A model generated the notes under the pieces. It saw only the letters and a program-made list of their open reading frames with translations. It was not told the DNA's origin and did no database searches. A stretch of DNA of 64,000 nt, taken from NCBI GenBank assembly GCA_012842685.1, contig DUSI01000010.1, positions 23,988-87,987 of the forward strand, given 5' to 3'. Position 1 is the first letter of the stretch, and every line of letters begins with the position of its first letter. Below, one piece after another: positions 1 to 10,266 of this stretch. The position numbers were made by a program, and so were the translations under genes. The DNA is from Candidatus Fermentithermobacillaceae bacterium (GTDB lineage: Bacteria > Bacillota > Sulfobacillia > Fermentithermobacillales > Fermentithermobacillaceae).

Positions 1-477
1 TCGCAGATATTCCCGCAGCAGGCGGCGAGTTAGGAGGGTGATGGGGCGCAGGACGGGCAGGATTGCCCGCCAGAACGTCTCTACCTTCAAGGAGGAACGC
101 CCCGGGATGCCTCTGTCAGAGAGCCCCGGCGCCAGGATCCGCGGGTTTTTCCAGGAGCTTGCCTACAGAATGAGGGCCTCAATGAGACGCATACGCCGCA
201 GGCGCAGGATGGCCCTGTCGCTCATGAGAGACGGCTTTGTGCCGCCTCTAGGGAGAATTAAGTCATGGAAGACCTGTCGTGAGGATGGCGCCTGCAACAG
301 TTACGTCGTGGTCCAGGTACCCAGACACGTTGGCACGATCGCATCCCACAGGATTAAGCGGGCGATTAGGCAAGGTGTGGAAGAAGGGGTCGGATGCGGT
401 CCCGAATGCGGCAAGAGAAGACTCTTTTTGGTCCTTACCGACCTGGTCAAATTGGTAAAGCGCCCGTAGAAGGAGAA

Positions 478-505
478 GGAGCCCTCAAGGGCTCCTCTCC
501 TTTGT
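478..505. terminator. GC-rich hairpin (ggagccc-tcaa-gggctcc) followed by a T-rich tract; possible terminator downstream of the small minus-strand ORF 595..813
   Basis: inverted repeat read directly in the sequence; T-rich flank is modest. Confidence 0.3.
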
Positions 506-594
506 GCTACTCGTACCGCTCTTGCCGGCCGCTGCCGCCCGTGCCCGTCCCTTGGGGCAGAGCGACATTCTCAGATCGCGGTTCCAGGGACTTC

Positions 595-813
595 TCAATA
601 CTTGTCTTTCCTGCAGAAATCCCAATCCTCGCAGGCCGCGTTGTTGATGGTGACGCAGTCGGTGATGATCACGTACACCACCACGCCGGGAGCGGCGCAG
701 TCATCGTCTCCCCGGCACTTCTGGACCTCGTTCTTCGCAACACGCGTGACCCCGAGAGCATCCAGGACCGCCTGGACAGTATCGGTGTCGGGCACCCTCT
801 CCACCTCCCTCAC
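595..813 (-). CDS. small Cys-rich hypothetical protein (72 aa, 5 Cys), downstream of the mntR-like gene
   Basis: ORF same strand and immediately downstream of mntR; hairpin follows its stop; no RBS seen at the annotated ATG. Confidence 0.3.
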   Translation of the reverse strand: MREVERVPDTDTVQAVLDALGVTRVAKNEVQKCRGDDDCAAPGVVVYVIITDCVTINNAACEDWDFCRKDKY

Positions 814-868
814 GTCGACTCCGATTCGTAAACAGATTATGTTAAGTGGTTCCTCGGTGTGAGTGATG

Positions 869-1363
869 CTAGCCGTTCGTGCGACCGGGAGGGAACCTGG
901 ATAGGAACTGGGCGAGCCACTTGGGTTCCAGTTTCGCGTACTGGATAAGGGCCTCCATGCGGGATACTAGCTCGTCGCTTATGAGGTGTTCTATCCTTTC
1001 TGTATCCCTGAGCGCGTTCTCACTTACTCCCAGAAGCCTCAGGAAAGATTCGATCAAGTTGTGGCGTTCGAGCAGCTGCCTTCCGACAGAAAGCCCCAGG
1101 GGAGTGAGCTCAACCGTGCCGTATTTCTCGTACCGGACATAACCCTGTTCGTGGAGGCGCTGCGCCATCCTCGTGGCTGAAGGAGGCTGCACGCTCAGGG
1201 CGCTTGAGAGGTCTCCGAGTCTCACGGGCTTCCCGTTGCTGGCCAGCCTGTAGAGCATTTCGATGTAATCTTCCATGCTGGGCGTGAGGTCTTGTTCTTC
1301 ATCTTGGAGGGAGTATCCCCGGAAGGTGCGGAATTCTTCGTCGCGCTGGGACACAGAAGTCAC
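869..1363 (-). CDS. mntR: DtxR/MntR-family metal-dependent transcriptional repressor
   Basis: 164 aa; N-terminal wHTH (DYIEMLYRL...[27 protein letters not shown]) plus a metal-binding/dimerisation domain typical of MntR-size DtxR proteins. Confidence 0.8.
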   Translation of the reverse strand: MTSVSQRDEEFRTFRGYSLQDEEQDLTPSMEDYIEMLYRLASNGKPVRLGDLSSALSVQPPSATRMAQRLHEQGYVRYEKYGTVELTPLGLSVGRQLLERHNLIESFLRLLGVSENALRDTERIEHLISDELVSRMEALIQYAKLEPKWLAQFLSRFPPGRTNG

Positions 1364-1518
1364 CTCCGGGCTGGATTTGGATGGGCGTTCCAGTGCATTC
1401 TATGCGCTGGGGGGCGCCGGATAGGAATGAGGTCGTGATTGGGTGCCGTCCACTCTCCCAATTTCAGGGCTTTCGTGGTATATTACCTGCAATCGTTATG
1501 GGTCAGGGAGGATGCCTT

Positions 1519-3936
1519 ATGGCCACACGGGATTACGATCACGCCGCGGTAGAGAAAAAGTGGCAGGAGATATGGGAGAGAGAGGGAGCTTTCAAAGCGT
1601 CTTCCGACAAGTCCAAGCCCAAATATTACGCCTTGATCGAGTTCCCCTATCCCTCTGGGGAAGGGCTCCACGTGGGACATCCCAGGAGCTATACCGCTCT
1701 TGACATAATCGCTCGCAAGAGGAGGATGGAAGGATACAACGTCCTCTATCCCATAGGGTTTGACGCTTTCGGCCTCCCGACGGAAAACTACGCCATAAAG
1801 CACAAGATCCACCCGCGGATTGTAACAGAGAAAAACGTAAGACGTTTCCGGGAGCAGCTAAAGTCCCTCGGCTTTTCCTTTGACTGGTCGAGGGAAGTGA
1901 ACACTTCAGATCCCGACTACTACAAGTGGACCCAGTGGATATTCCTGAAGCTCTTCGAGCACGGGATGGCCTACAAGGCCGAGATCCCCATCAACTGGTG
2001 TACCTCATGCAAGATAGGTCTGGCCAATGAGGAAGTGGTCGGGGGAAGGTGCGAGCGCTGCGGCGGTGAGGTAGTGAGGCGAGTGAAGAGCCAGTGGATG
2101 CTCAGGATCACCGAGTACGCCCAGAAGCTCCTCGACGACCTTGATAAGGTCGACTACCTTGAGAAGATAAAGGTCCAGCAGCGAAACTGGATAGGCCGGT
2201 CGGAAGGTGCCGAGGTTGACTTCGCCATAGCCGGCACGGACAAGAAACTGAGGATCTTCACTACCAGGCCCGACACCCTCTTCGGGGCCACCTATATGGT
2301 GCTTGCGCCCGAGCATCCCCTCATAGACGAAGAGCGCGCCCGGATTTCCAACTGGGAGCAGGTTGTTGAATACAGGGAGATGGCTGCCAGGAAGTCCGAC
2401 TTCGAACGGACAGAGCTCGCCAAGGAGAAGACGGGCGTACCTCTCGAGGGGATTGCGGCGATAAACCCGGCAACAGGTAAGGAAATCCCCGTGTGGATAT
2501 CGGATTACGTCCTCATGTCCTATGGCACCGGCGCCATCATGGCGGTGCCTGGCCACGACCAGCGCGACTGGGAGTTCGCCAAGAAGTTTGGCCTACCAAT
2601 CGTTGAAGTGGTGAAGGGCGGAGATATTGAGAAAGAGGCGTTCGTGGACACCGAAACGGGCATCCTCGTCAACTCAGGTTTCCTGAACGGCATGAGCGTC
2701 CCTGAGGCCATCGAGGCCATGATCGAGTGGCTCGAGAAAAATGGCCTCGGCACTCGAAAAGTGCACTACAAGCTTAGGGACTGGGTGTTCTCACGCCAGC
2801 ACTACTGGGGCGAGCCAATCCCCCTCGTCCATTGCGAGAAGTGTGGCTGGGTGGCTGTTCCGGAAGAGGATCTCCCTGTGCTCCTCCCGGACGTCGAAAA
2901 CTATGTCCCCAACGAAGAAGGCGAGTCGCCCCTCGCCAACATCCCCGAATGGGTGAATACCACATGCCCGAAATGCGGCGGGCCTGCCAAGAGGGAGACC
3001 GACACTATGCCCAACTGGGCCGGATCGTCGTGGTATTTCCTCCGCTACTGCGATCCCCATAACGACAAAGAGATGGCTTCCATGGAAGAGCTCCGCTACT
3101 GGCTGCCGGTGGACTGGTACAACGGCGGTATGGAGCATACGACGCTCCACCTCCTGTACTCCCGGTTCTGGCATAAGTTCCTGTACGACATAGGCTATGC
3201 CCCAACGCCTGAGCCCTACAAGAAGCGTACTTCCCACGGGATGATCCTCGGGGAAAACGGCGAGAAGATGTCCAAGTCCCGCGGGAACGTGATAAACCCG
3301 GACGATATCGTGAATGAAGTGGGGGCAGATGCTTTCCGGGTCTACGAGATGTTCATCGGCGCTTTTGACCAGGCGATCCCGTGGTCCCAGCAAGGGCTCA
3401 GGGGCTGCCGCAGGTTCCTGGAGAGGGTATGGCGCCTGCAAGACATGCTCGTCCGGGGCGAAGGATTCTCGCCCGAATTCGAGGTGACGATGCACAGACT
3501 CACCAAGAAAGTGAGCCTCGATTACGAGCGGATGAAGTTCAACACGGCGGTCGCCGCCATGATGGAAGTCACGAACAAGTTCCACGAGGCGGGGAAGATC
3601 ACACGGGGCGAGTACAAGCGGCTCCTGCACCTCCTGAATCCCGTTGCGCCCCACATAACAGAAGAGCTCTGGGAGATCTGCGGGTTCGGTCAGCCTATCT
3701 ACAAGCAGAGCTGGCCCACGTGGGATGAGGAGAAGACCGTGGAGGACACGGTGGAGATCGCGGTCCAGATAAACGGGAAAGTCAGAGCCGCCGTCCAGGT
3801 TGCCAGAGAGGCGTCCCAGGAAGAAGCCCGGGAAGCGGTGATGGCCGAAGAGGCAGTGACCAGGCACCTGGAAGGGAAGGACATCGTGAAAGAAGTGTAT
3901 ATCCCCGGGAGGATATACAGCATAGTCGTGAGGTAG
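1519..3936 (+). CDS. leuS: leucyl-tRNA synthetase
   Basis: Class I HIGH motif (HVGHPRSY) and KMSKS (KMSKSRGN); N-terminus [19 protein letters not shown]; AGGGAGG RBS 8 nt before the ATG at 1519 (the track start at 1381 is upstream of the RBS). Confidence 0.95.
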   Translation: MATRDYDHAAVEKKWQEIWEREGAFKASSDKSKPKYYALIEFPYPSGEGLHVGHPRSYTALDIIARKRRMEGYNVLYPIGFDAFGLPTENYAIKHKIHPRIVTEKNVRRFREQLKSLGFSFDWSREVNTSDPDYYKWTQWIFLKLFEHGMAYKAEIPINWCTSCKIGLANEEVVGGRCERCGGEVVRRVKSQWMLRITEYAQKLLDDLDKVDYLEKIKVQQRNWIGRSEGAEVDFAIAGTDKKLRIFTTRPDTLFGATYMVLAPEHPLIDEERARISNWEQVVEYREMAARKSDFERTELAKEKTGVPLEGIAAINPATGKEIPVWISDYVLMSYGTGAIMAVPGHDQRDWEFAKKFGLPIVEVVKGGDIEKEAFVDTETGILVNSGFLNGMSVPEAIEAMIEWLEKNGLGTRKVHYKLRDWVFSRQHYWGEPIPLVHCEKCGWVAVPEEDLPVLLPDVENYVPNEEGESPLANIPEWVNTTCPKCGGPAKRETDTMPNWAGSSWYFLRYCDPHNDKEMASMEELRYWLPVDWYNGGMEHTTLHLLYSRFWHKFLYDIGYAPTPEPYKKRTSHGMILGENGEKMSKSRGNVINPDDIVNEVGADAFRVYEMFIGAFDQAIPWSQQGLRGCRRFLERVWRLQDMLVRGEGFSPEFEVTMHRLTKKVSLDYERMKFNTAVAAMMEVTNKFHEAGKITRGEYKRLLHLLNPVAPHITEELWEICGFGQPIYKQSWPTWDEEKTVEDTVEIAVQINGKVRAAVQVAREASQEEAREAVMAEEAVTRHLEGKDIVKEVYIPGRIYSIVVR

Positions 3937-3975
3937 CTGCACAAGAGCTCTCCAGCACGCAGCTCCCAAATAGAG

Positions 3976-4008
3976 GTCGCCCGGGTTTTCCGGGCGACTT
4001 CGTTATTG
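3976..4008. terminator. rho-independent terminator between convergent leuS and purA
   Basis: gtcgcccgg-gtttt-ccgggcgac 9-bp GC stem followed by ttcgttattg. Confidence 0.6.
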
Positions 4009-4040
4009 CTAAACTGGCGCGTGCGCGGAAGGGCGCCGAA

Positions 4041-5318
4041 TTAGATCCTTATGGTCTGCTCCCTGCGGGGTCCCACAGAGACCCACTTGACTTTGACTCC
4101 CGTCTCCCGTTCTATCATCTCCACGTATTCCCGCGCCTCTTTCGGCAGGTCGCTCAGGCTCCTCGCCGACGATATGTCCGTCTTCCAGCCGGGCATGTGC
4201 TTGAGCACCGGCTTTGCCTTGCTGACGAGCGGGGTGGGCGGGAAATCCTTCGTGATGTGGCCGTCTATGTCGTAGGCTACGCAGACGGGGATGGTGTCGA
4301 GATATCCGAGGACATCCAGGTTCGTTATGGCCAGCGCTGTCGCCCCCTGGACCATGCAACCGTACCTCGTCGCAACCGCGTCGAACCACCCGACTCTCCT
4401 TGGACGCCCGGTCTTGGCGCCGTACTCTCCCGCGTCTCCGCCGCGCCTGCGGAGCTCTTCGCCCGCCTCGCCCGTGAGCTCGGTGACGAAAGGCCCTGCT
4501 CCGACGCAGCTGGAGTACGCTTTGGTCACGGCCAGGACCTCGGTGATGGCGTAAGGCGGTAGTCCCGCTCCCACGGCGGCGTATCCGGCGACCGTCGAAG
4601 ACGACGTGGAGTATGGGTAGATCCCGTGGTCCGGGTCGCGCAGAGAACCCAGCTGGCCTTCCAGGAGGATGGTCTTTCCTTCTTTGAGGGCTTCGGAGAA
4701 CAGCTTCGTCGTATCGGTCACGTAGGGTCTCACTATCTCGGCCTGGGCCGTGAGTTCATCCACCAGGTCGTCGACCTTAAGGGGCGGTTTGCGGTAGAGG
4801 TGCTCGAGGAGGACGTTCTTTATCTCCAGGGCGTGGGATACCCTGGCGCGGAGGACGTCTTTGTCGAACAGCTCCGCCACCTGGAGGCCGATCTTGGCGA
4901 ACTTATCAGAGTAGAACGGGGCGATGCCCGACTTGGTCGAGCCAAACTGGCGCGCGCCCAGCCGCTCTTCTTCGTACTCGTCCAGCTGCTTGTGGTAGGG
5001 CATGAGCACCTGGGCCCTGTCGGATATGGCTATTTTGGGAACGGGCACGTTCCTCTGGGTCAGGCTCTCGAGTTCTTCGGCGAACGCGCGGATGTCCAAG
5101 GCCACGCCGGGTCCGAGGACGTTCGTCACTCCGGGGTAGAACACGCCCGAAGGAAGAAGGTGGAGGGCAAACTTGCCGTAGTCGTTTATCACTGTGTGGC
5201 CCGCGTTGCTCCCGCCCTGGAACCGCACTACAAAGTGGGAATCCCGGGCGAGGAAGTCCACCATCTTGCCTTTGCCTTCATCTCCCCAGTTGGCTCCAAC
5301 TACCGCTATTACGGCCAT
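4041..5318 (-). CDS. purA: adenylosuccinate synthetase
   Basis: N-terminal P-loop VVGANWGDEGKGK; length ~425 aa; GGAGGAGG RBS 8 nt upstream of the ATG at 5318. Confidence 0.95.
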   Translation of the reverse strand: MAVIAVVGANWGDEGKGKMVDFLARDSHFVVRFQGGSNAGHTVINDYGKFALHLLPSGVFYPGVTNVLGPGVALDIRAFAEELESLTQRNVPVPKIAISDRAQVLMPYHKQLDEYEEERLGARQFGSTKSGIAPFYSDKFAKIGLQVAELFDKDVLRARVSHALEIKNVLLEHLYRKPPLKVDDLVDELTAQAEIVRPYVTDTTKLFSEALKEGKTILLEGQLGSLRDPDHGIYPYSTSSSTVAGYAAVGAGLPPYAITEVLAVTKAYSSCVGAGPFVTELTGEAGEELRRRGGDAGEYGAKTGRPRRVGWFDAVATRYGCMVQGATALAITNLDVLGYLDTIPVCVAYDIDGHITKDFPPTPLVSKAKPVLKHMPGWKTDISSARSLSDLPKEAREYVEMIERETGVKVKWVSVGPRREQTIRI

Positions 5319-5420
5319 GACAGGACCTCCTCCGAAGCTAAGGCTCATATCCTTCGCCCATAGTCAAATCATAACCCATTTGGCAGGTCTTGTGCGAGGG
5401 AAGGCGCGAGAGGTGCGGCT

Positions 5421-5687
5421 TCAGGGGCGTCTCTTGGCAACTGGGTCATCGCCGTGCCCAAGCATTTCTTTGAGCTCGTCGAGCTCTGCCTCGAGGCGCG
5501 CGAGGCGCTTCCTTGCGTCTTCAAGATCTCGTTTTTTCTGGGCCTCCTGACGCTTTAGGTCGGTTGCGAATCCGATGGTGCTTATGAATGTGCCGAGGAT
5601 CGAAAGTAGGTTCCCCACCATCTCCGCCATATCGGGGTCTATCCGTATCGTGGGAGGACCTCCCTTGTTCTCCCGGTCGTCGCCCAT
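5421..5687 (-). CDS. small hypothetical protein: hydrophobic N-terminal segment followed by a charged coiled-coil (PspB-like architecture)
   Basis: MAEMVGNLLSILGTFISTIGF then KRQEAQKKRDLEDARKRLARLEAELDELKEML; start uncertain. Confidence 0.4.
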   Translation of the reverse strand: MGDDRENKGGPPTIRIDPDMAEMVGNLLSILGTFISTIGFATDLKRQEAQKKRDLEDARKRLARLEAELDELKEMLGHGDDPVAKRRP

Positions 5688-5693
5688 AAAGCA

Positions 5694-5813
5694 TCACTCG
5701 TCCACGCGCATCCAGATGATAACCAGCCCGATGGTCACGATGAGGAGGATCGTGCTGAGGACGATCACTGCGCCCCATCCCAGGATTTCCTCGTCTCTAA
5801 GCTCAAGAGACAT
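5694..5813 (-). CDS. 39-aa single-pass membrane peptide
   Basis: MSLELRDEEILGWGAVIVLSTILLIVTIGLVIIWMRVDE; the C-terminal part of track ORF 5694..6137 is the only plausible coding portion. Confidence 0.3.
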   Translation of the reverse strand: MSLELRDEEILGWGAVIVLSTILLIVTIGLVIIWMRVDE

Positions 5814-5977
5814 AGCACCATCGCCTTTCTTGGGCCCCGGCCTCAAGGGCCCACCCATCGTTACATGGTTATGTAGACCCGAGATGTATGTGTGAATGTT
5901 ACAGGGAAGCTGGGGCGGGACCAAGAAATGGATAGGTGAACCTGAAGGCGCCCAAGGCGCAGGAGGTAGCAAGAGAC

Positions 5978-7597
5978 ATGGCACAGGAAGGACGCAGGGC
6001 ATGGGTACTTCTTGAAAACGGGCTTCTTTTCGACGGGCTCGGGAGTCCGCCTCGAAAGGGCTCGGTCTTGATTGGAGACGGCAGAATCGCAGCGGTAGGG
6101 GAGATAAGCGCATCGGCCGTCCCGAGCGATGTGGCAAAAGTTGACGCCAGGGGACTCGCCGTGTGCCCCGGTTTCATAAATATCCACTCCCACTCTGATA
6201 CCGATATGCTCATGCATCCGGAATCGAAGACCCTCCTCAAGCAGGGGATAACCACGGAAGTGGTGGGGAACTGCGGGGGAGGACCGGTAGACGCCCGGGA
6301 GATCTCCGAGGAAGTCTGGGAAGAGCTGGCGGCCGCCATGGTTCAAAAAGGCGCGCCCCGGAGGCCCGAAAGGTGGACCAGCCTCAAGGGTTATCTTGAG
6401 ACCGTGAGCCTCGCCAGGCCCGCGGCCAACGTGGCTGCTTTGTTCGGGCACGGAGACGTCCGGAAGAAAGTCTTGGGCGACCAAGAAGATGGAAAGCCCC
6501 TGAACGAGGAGCGCCGCAGGCAAGCATCGGCTCTGGCACGGCAGTACATGGAAGAAGGGGCCTTCGGGATGTCGAGCGGGCTGGAGTACGTGCCGGGGAG
6601 GTGCGCCGATGCTATGGAGCTGGCGGCGGTTGCCGCGCCGGTTGCTGAGTTCGGAGGGATCCACGCGTCCCACATCCGGAACGAGGGTCCCATGCTTCTG
6701 GAATCCGTGGAAGAGATCATACGCGTCGCGGAGCTCTCGGGAGTGAGGTCCGAAATATCCCATCTGAAAGCGGTTGGCCCCGCGAACTGGGGAAAGGTGA
6801 AGGACGCCCTCGCCCTCATGGATGAGTTTAGCGCCCGAGGTATGACCATTGCCGCCGACTTCTACCCTTACCTTGCTTCGTCAACCGGGCTTTCTATCGT
6901 GCTGCCCGACTGGGTGGTGGAAAGGGGTACCGCCCGCGGGCTAGAGGTCCTAAGGGATCCGGAGCTCAGGGCCCGGGCCGTCCGCGAGTCGGACGAGAGG
7001 ACCGAAGTCCAGGGCGGCTGGGCGCGGGTGGTCATAACGGGAGTAGAGAAGCCCGAGAACAAATGGATGGAGGGTTTGGATGTAGCGGCTATCGCCGCCA
7101 AGATTGGGAAACACCCTGCGGAAGCGGCGGTAGATATACTCATATCCGAAGATATGCACGTGAGGATCGCCCGCTTCGCCATGAGCGAGGACGACCTCAT
7201 CTACATCATGAGGCATCCCGAGACTTGCGTAGTGACCGACGGCTGGAACACCGTCCCCGAGAAAGGCAAGACCCATCCCAGGTCTGTGGGCACCTTCCCG
7301 AGAGTCATAGGTCATTACGCCAGGGATAGGGGCGTAATCTCTATGGAGGAAGCGATCCGCAAGTGCACGTCGCTGCCTGCCAAGAAGCTGGGCCTCAAAG
7401 ACCGTGGAATACTTGCGCCCGGCTACTGGGCAGACCTTGTGGTGTTTAGCCCTGAGACCCTGATCGACAGGGCCACCTACGATGACCCGTGGCGGTACCC
7501 CGAAGGAATAGAAGCCGTGTACGTGAACGGTGTGGCCGTCATCTTCGAAGGCGAACTCACGGGCGAAAGGCCGGGCATGGCGCTCTACAGGAAGTAG
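5978..7597 (+). CDS. N-acyl-D-amino-acid deacylase (D-aminoacylase) family amidohydrolase
   Basis: VCPGFINIHSHSDTD metal-binding HxH motif and GITTEVVGNCGGG; ~540 aa; AGGAGG RBS 11 nt before the ATG at 5978. Confidence 0.85.
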   Translation: MAQEGRRAWVLLENGLLFDGLGSPPRKGSVLIGDGRIAAVGEISASAVPSDVAKVDARGLAVCPGFINIHSHSDTDMLMHPESKTLLKQGITTEVVGNCGGGPVDAREISEEVWEELAAAMVQKGAPRRPERWTSLKGYLETVSLARPAANVAALFGHGDVRKKVLGDQEDGKPLNEERRRQASALARQYMEEGAFGMSSGLEYVPGRCADAMELAAVAAPVAEFGGIHASHIRNEGPMLLESVEEIIRVAELSGVRSEISHLKAVGPANWGKVKDALALMDEFSARGMTIAADFYPYLASSTGLSIVLPDWVVERGTARGLEVLRDPELRARAVRESDERTEVQGGWARVVITGVEKPENKWMEGLDVAAIAAKIGKHPAEAAVDILISEDMHVRIARFAMSEDDLIYIMRHPETCVVTDGWNTVPEKGKTHPRSVGTFPRVIGHYARDRGVISMEEAIRKCTSLPAKKLGLKDRGILAPGYWADLVVFSPETLIDRATYDDPWRYPEGIEAVYVNGVAVIFEGELTGERPGMALYRK

Positions 7598-7670
7598 GCC
7601 GTCCGGCGCTGACCTGTGCCCCGTGGTCCGGCGGAGCCTGCGGAATATGACTGTACTGGGGTGATGCCTG

Positions 7671-8651
7671 ATGAACATACCGGCGGCCAAGAAAGCGATC
7701 TCAAAGGCCTGGGGGCAGGTGCTGTTACCCGAGGTAATCCTTCTCGCCCTGATCGCGGACGGAGGGTTTCACGGTCTGTCCGCGCTGGTTATGGGGGGGC
7801 TGCAGCTGCGGGGCGGGGCCGGCGCACCGGGATGGGGACTGCTGGGCCTGTTTGTAGTCATCGCAGCACCTGCGGTCGTAAGCGGGCTCTGGTCGGTTTG
7901 CCGGGAAGTGGTGGTAAGAGGCAGGGGAGGATGGAACGATTTTTGGTCTGGGCTCGGCACCTATTGGTGGAGGCTCGTCGGTCTTGCCGCTATGGCGACC
8001 CTCGCCGCGATGGCTACGGCGGCTGCCCTGGGGCTTCCCATGAGTGAAATACCCCTTTCAGAGCTGGTGAGCGTGGAAGGGTTGTTTCTTGGGCTGCAGC
8101 TCAGAACTCTCATTTTCGCTGGCCTGGTCCTCGCGGCGCGGTATTTTTTCGCCATGGTGGTCCCGGCGATGGTGATAGAGCAGACACCGGCCCTTCGCGC
8201 GGTGGAACTCGGCGCGAGATTTGGGTGGCGCAATCCTTCCGTGCTGGTGCCGGTGGTGATATTCGATCTGGCGGTGAACTGGGTCATGAGGCGGCTGAAC
8301 TCCGCCGCGGGTAGCCTGTTTGACTACGGGTTCCGGTTCGATCTCGGGATCCTCCTGCCATACTTCCTGGTGTTGCTCCTGGGTTCGGCGGTCGCGGCGT
8401 TTTTCAGACTGCTTTACCTCGGGATTTACTATGACAATCTTGTGCTTTCAGGAAGCGAGACTATCCCGGGCCACCCGGTTGAACCGGGTATGGATAGCGA
8501 GCTCCTGTTGGACCCGACCGGAGGAACCGGACAATCGAGGAAAGATGGGGAAGAGGATCCCGGAGAACAGGAAGAGCCTCAGGGTGCCGGGAAACCCGAG
8601 GAGGAGAGAAGCCCCGGAAGGTCCGGAAAGCCTGATGACCGGGAGCGATAG
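7671..8651 (+). CDS. multi-pass membrane protein with an acidic, Pro/Glu-rich C-terminal tail
   Basis: 7-8 hydrophobic segments; C-terminus DGEEDPGEQEEPQGAGKPEEERSPGRSGKPDDRER. Confidence 0.6.
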   Translation: MNIPAAKKAISKAWGQVLLPEVILLALIADGGFHGLSALVMGGLQLRGGAGAPGWGLLGLFVVIAAPAVVSGLWSVCREVVVRGRGGWNDFWSGLGTYWWRLVGLAAMATLAAMATAAALGLPMSEIPLSELVSVEGLFLGLQLRTLIFAGLVLAARYFFAMVVPAMVIEQTPALRAVELGARFGWRNPSVLVPVVIFDLAVNWVMRRLNSAAGSLFDYGFRFDLGILLPYFLVLLLGSAVAAFFRLLYLGIYYDNLVLSGSETIPGHPVEPGMDSELLLDPTGGTGQSRKDGEEDPGEQEEPQGAGKPEEERSPGRSGKPDDRER

Positions 8652-8713
8652 GTGGGACGATGGGGATCTCTAGGACGTAGGTACCCGGAGGATAGAGAGG
8701 AGAGAGAAAAAAG

Positions 8714-8743
8714 AACGGCCCCGCGCAGGGGGCCGTTTTCTTT
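8714..8743. terminator. bidirectional rho-independent terminator between convergent genes
   Basis: aacggcccc-gcgca-ggggccgtt stem-loop flanked by an A-run upstream and a T-run downstream. Confidence 0.6.
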
Positions 8744-8773
8744 GGGTCGTGTCCTCAGAATTTGCGAAGCGCC

Positions 8774-10237
8774 TTAGCTCAGGAATCCGGCGTACTTCCC
8801 AATGATCTCCATGAGGGCGACAAGACCCTTGACTGCCAGTCTCATCCGGTCGGGGATGAGGTAACCCTCGTCGTCCGAAGTGCCCTGTCCCGGCGAGATG
8901 AAGATGTTGCCGTCGTAGGCGATGGTGGCGATTATGCCCATCTGGGCGAGACCGACCTGGATGAGGTGGGACCCGGCGTACATGTCTTCGATGGAGAAGA
9001 TGGGGAAGCCCATGCCGTCCTTCCAGGTCTTCTCGTAGTTGACCTCGACGGTCATGCTGTTGTAGGACTTGGAGATCAAAAGGCCTTCCCTGAGCTTCGG
9101 GTTTGCCTTGTCGAACTCGGAAGTCACGATCTCGTACAGCTCGTCGACCTGTTTGGTGTAGAACTCGGGGTTGTCCCTGAGGTCTTTGAGAACCGCGACC
9201 TGGGTAAGGAGCGCTTCCTTGCCGGGATCCATGGTGACGTACTGGGCCTTTCCGTAGGAAGCGGTGGTCCCGTACCTGTCGCCGTGCATACCCAGGGCGC
9301 GCCTTACGTTGACCATGACATCTTCGCGTCCGATGATGAGGCCCGAAGTCGCGGAGCCGGTCGCCTTATCCATGCTGTAGACGATAGCGGAAGCGCCCGA
9401 CTTCCTGATGTCGTGCCCGACGAAGGGGAGACCCCATGCGTTGTCCACGACATACGGCACGTTGAGCTTGGCGGCGAGGTCGCCGATTCCTTTCTGGATG
9501 ACGGGTATGCCGTTCGGTTCCTTGGCTGCGTATCCGTAGCCCGGGGTGTCGTAGCCGAGGGACGCGAAGCCCACGACGTAGGGCCCGTGTACCTGGGCGG
9601 CTTCCTCAAGGGCTTTGACTGTGCCTTCGGCATCGACCTCGGTAAGGAGGGGTACCGGGAAGTACTTGATGCCGTGGTTCGGGTAGTGGGCGCCCTTCAT
9701 CGGGACGATCACTACGTCGAGGTTCTCGAGACGCTTTCCGGCAAAGCCGAACTCGCCAGGCGTCGAACCTCTCTCGGCGAGCATCTCCTTGTACTTGGGC
9801 GGGAAGGGCCGGCCATAGCCCGCCTGGTGGTGCATGTGCTTCTCGAGCGGGACGATGTAGCGGGCGCGGTAGTTGTCGCCTCGTCCGGTCATGGGGGCCG
9901 AGAACAGCGTGTCGAACGTTACCCAAAGACCGCCCTCGCAAGTGTTCACGGGGCAGACGTCGTACTCGTCGCCGTAAACGCTCTTCACGATCTCGCGGAT
10001 CTCGTCAACCAGCCTCGCGAGAGGAATCACCTGGGTCGCGCCCTTGTGGGCGGCTTCCAGTACGTTCTTCCTCATGGGAGCCGGGCAACCTGAGATGGCT
10101 CCGGTAAGTCCGATGTTCCCCTTGAGGTCCCCAACGATGCCCAGGTCTTCGGCCGCCTTCTTGGCTTCGGCGTAGATCTTCTGGGTGTTGGCCTGAAGGT
10201 GTTTGTACATCTGGAACTTGTACTTGAACTCCGGCAC
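8774..10237 (-). CDS. fold-type-I PLP-dependent enzyme of the SelA-like family; candidate large (OrtB-like) subunit of a 2-amino-keto-acid thiolase
   Basis: 487 aa; YSMDKATGSATSGLIIGRED resembles the SelA PLP-lysine motif FSGDKLLGGPQAGIIVG; translationally adjacent to the upstream 147-aa gene. Confidence 0.6.
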   Translation of the reverse strand: MPEFKYKFQMYKHLQANTQKIYAEAKKAAEDLGIVGDLKGNIGLTGAISGCPAPMRKNVLEAAHKGATQVIPLARLVDEIREIVKSVYGDEYDVCPVNTCEGGLWVTFDTLFSAPMTGRGDNYRARYIVPLEKHMHHQAGYGRPFPPKYKEMLAERGSTPGEFGFAGKRLENLDVVIVPMKGAHYPNHGIKYFPVPLLTEVDAEGTVKALEEAAQVHGPYVVGFASLGYDTPGYGYAAKEPNGIPVIQKGIGDLAAKLNVPYVVDNAWGLPFVGHDIRKSGASAIVYSMDKATGSATSGLIIGREDVMVNVRRALGMHGDRYGTTASYGKAQYVTMDPGKEALLTQVAVLKDLRDNPEFYTKQVDELYEIVTSEFDKANPKLREGLLISKSYNSMTVEVNYEKTWKDGMGFPIFSIEDMYAGSHLIQVGLAQMGIIATIAYDGNIFISPGQGTSDDEGYLIPDRMRLAVKGLVALMEIIGKYAGFLS

Positions 10238-10266
10238 TACGGTTCCTCCTCTCGAATTCCGGTCCC

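Noticed and set aside
38-469. 143-aa Arg-rich ORF at the window start
   Set aside because: Low-complexity, no motif and no RBS. Typical of random open frames in 60% GC DNA.
1364-1518. Possible T-box leader upstream of leuS
   Set aside because: Only ~155 nt is available, and no T-box antiterminator sequence, specifier-loop context or terminator/antiterminator alternative was found. A short leader with a possible -10 (tatatt) only.
2791-3969. 392-aa antisense ORF inside leuS, and similar long antisense ORFs (8762..10093, 18880..19560, 19901..21025, 27627..28631, 43921..44955, 54221..55063)
   Set aside because: They lie opposite confidently identified genes, are His/Arg/Pro/Gly-rich and carry no motifs. 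High GC content leaves the antisense frames open.
8774-10237. Genuine selenocysteine synthase SelA
   Set aside because: The SelA-like PLP motif is present, but there is no selB/selD/tRNA-Sec context and no SelA N-terminal tRNA-binding domain pattern. A SelA-family paralog is more likely, possibly an OrtB-like thiolase subunit.
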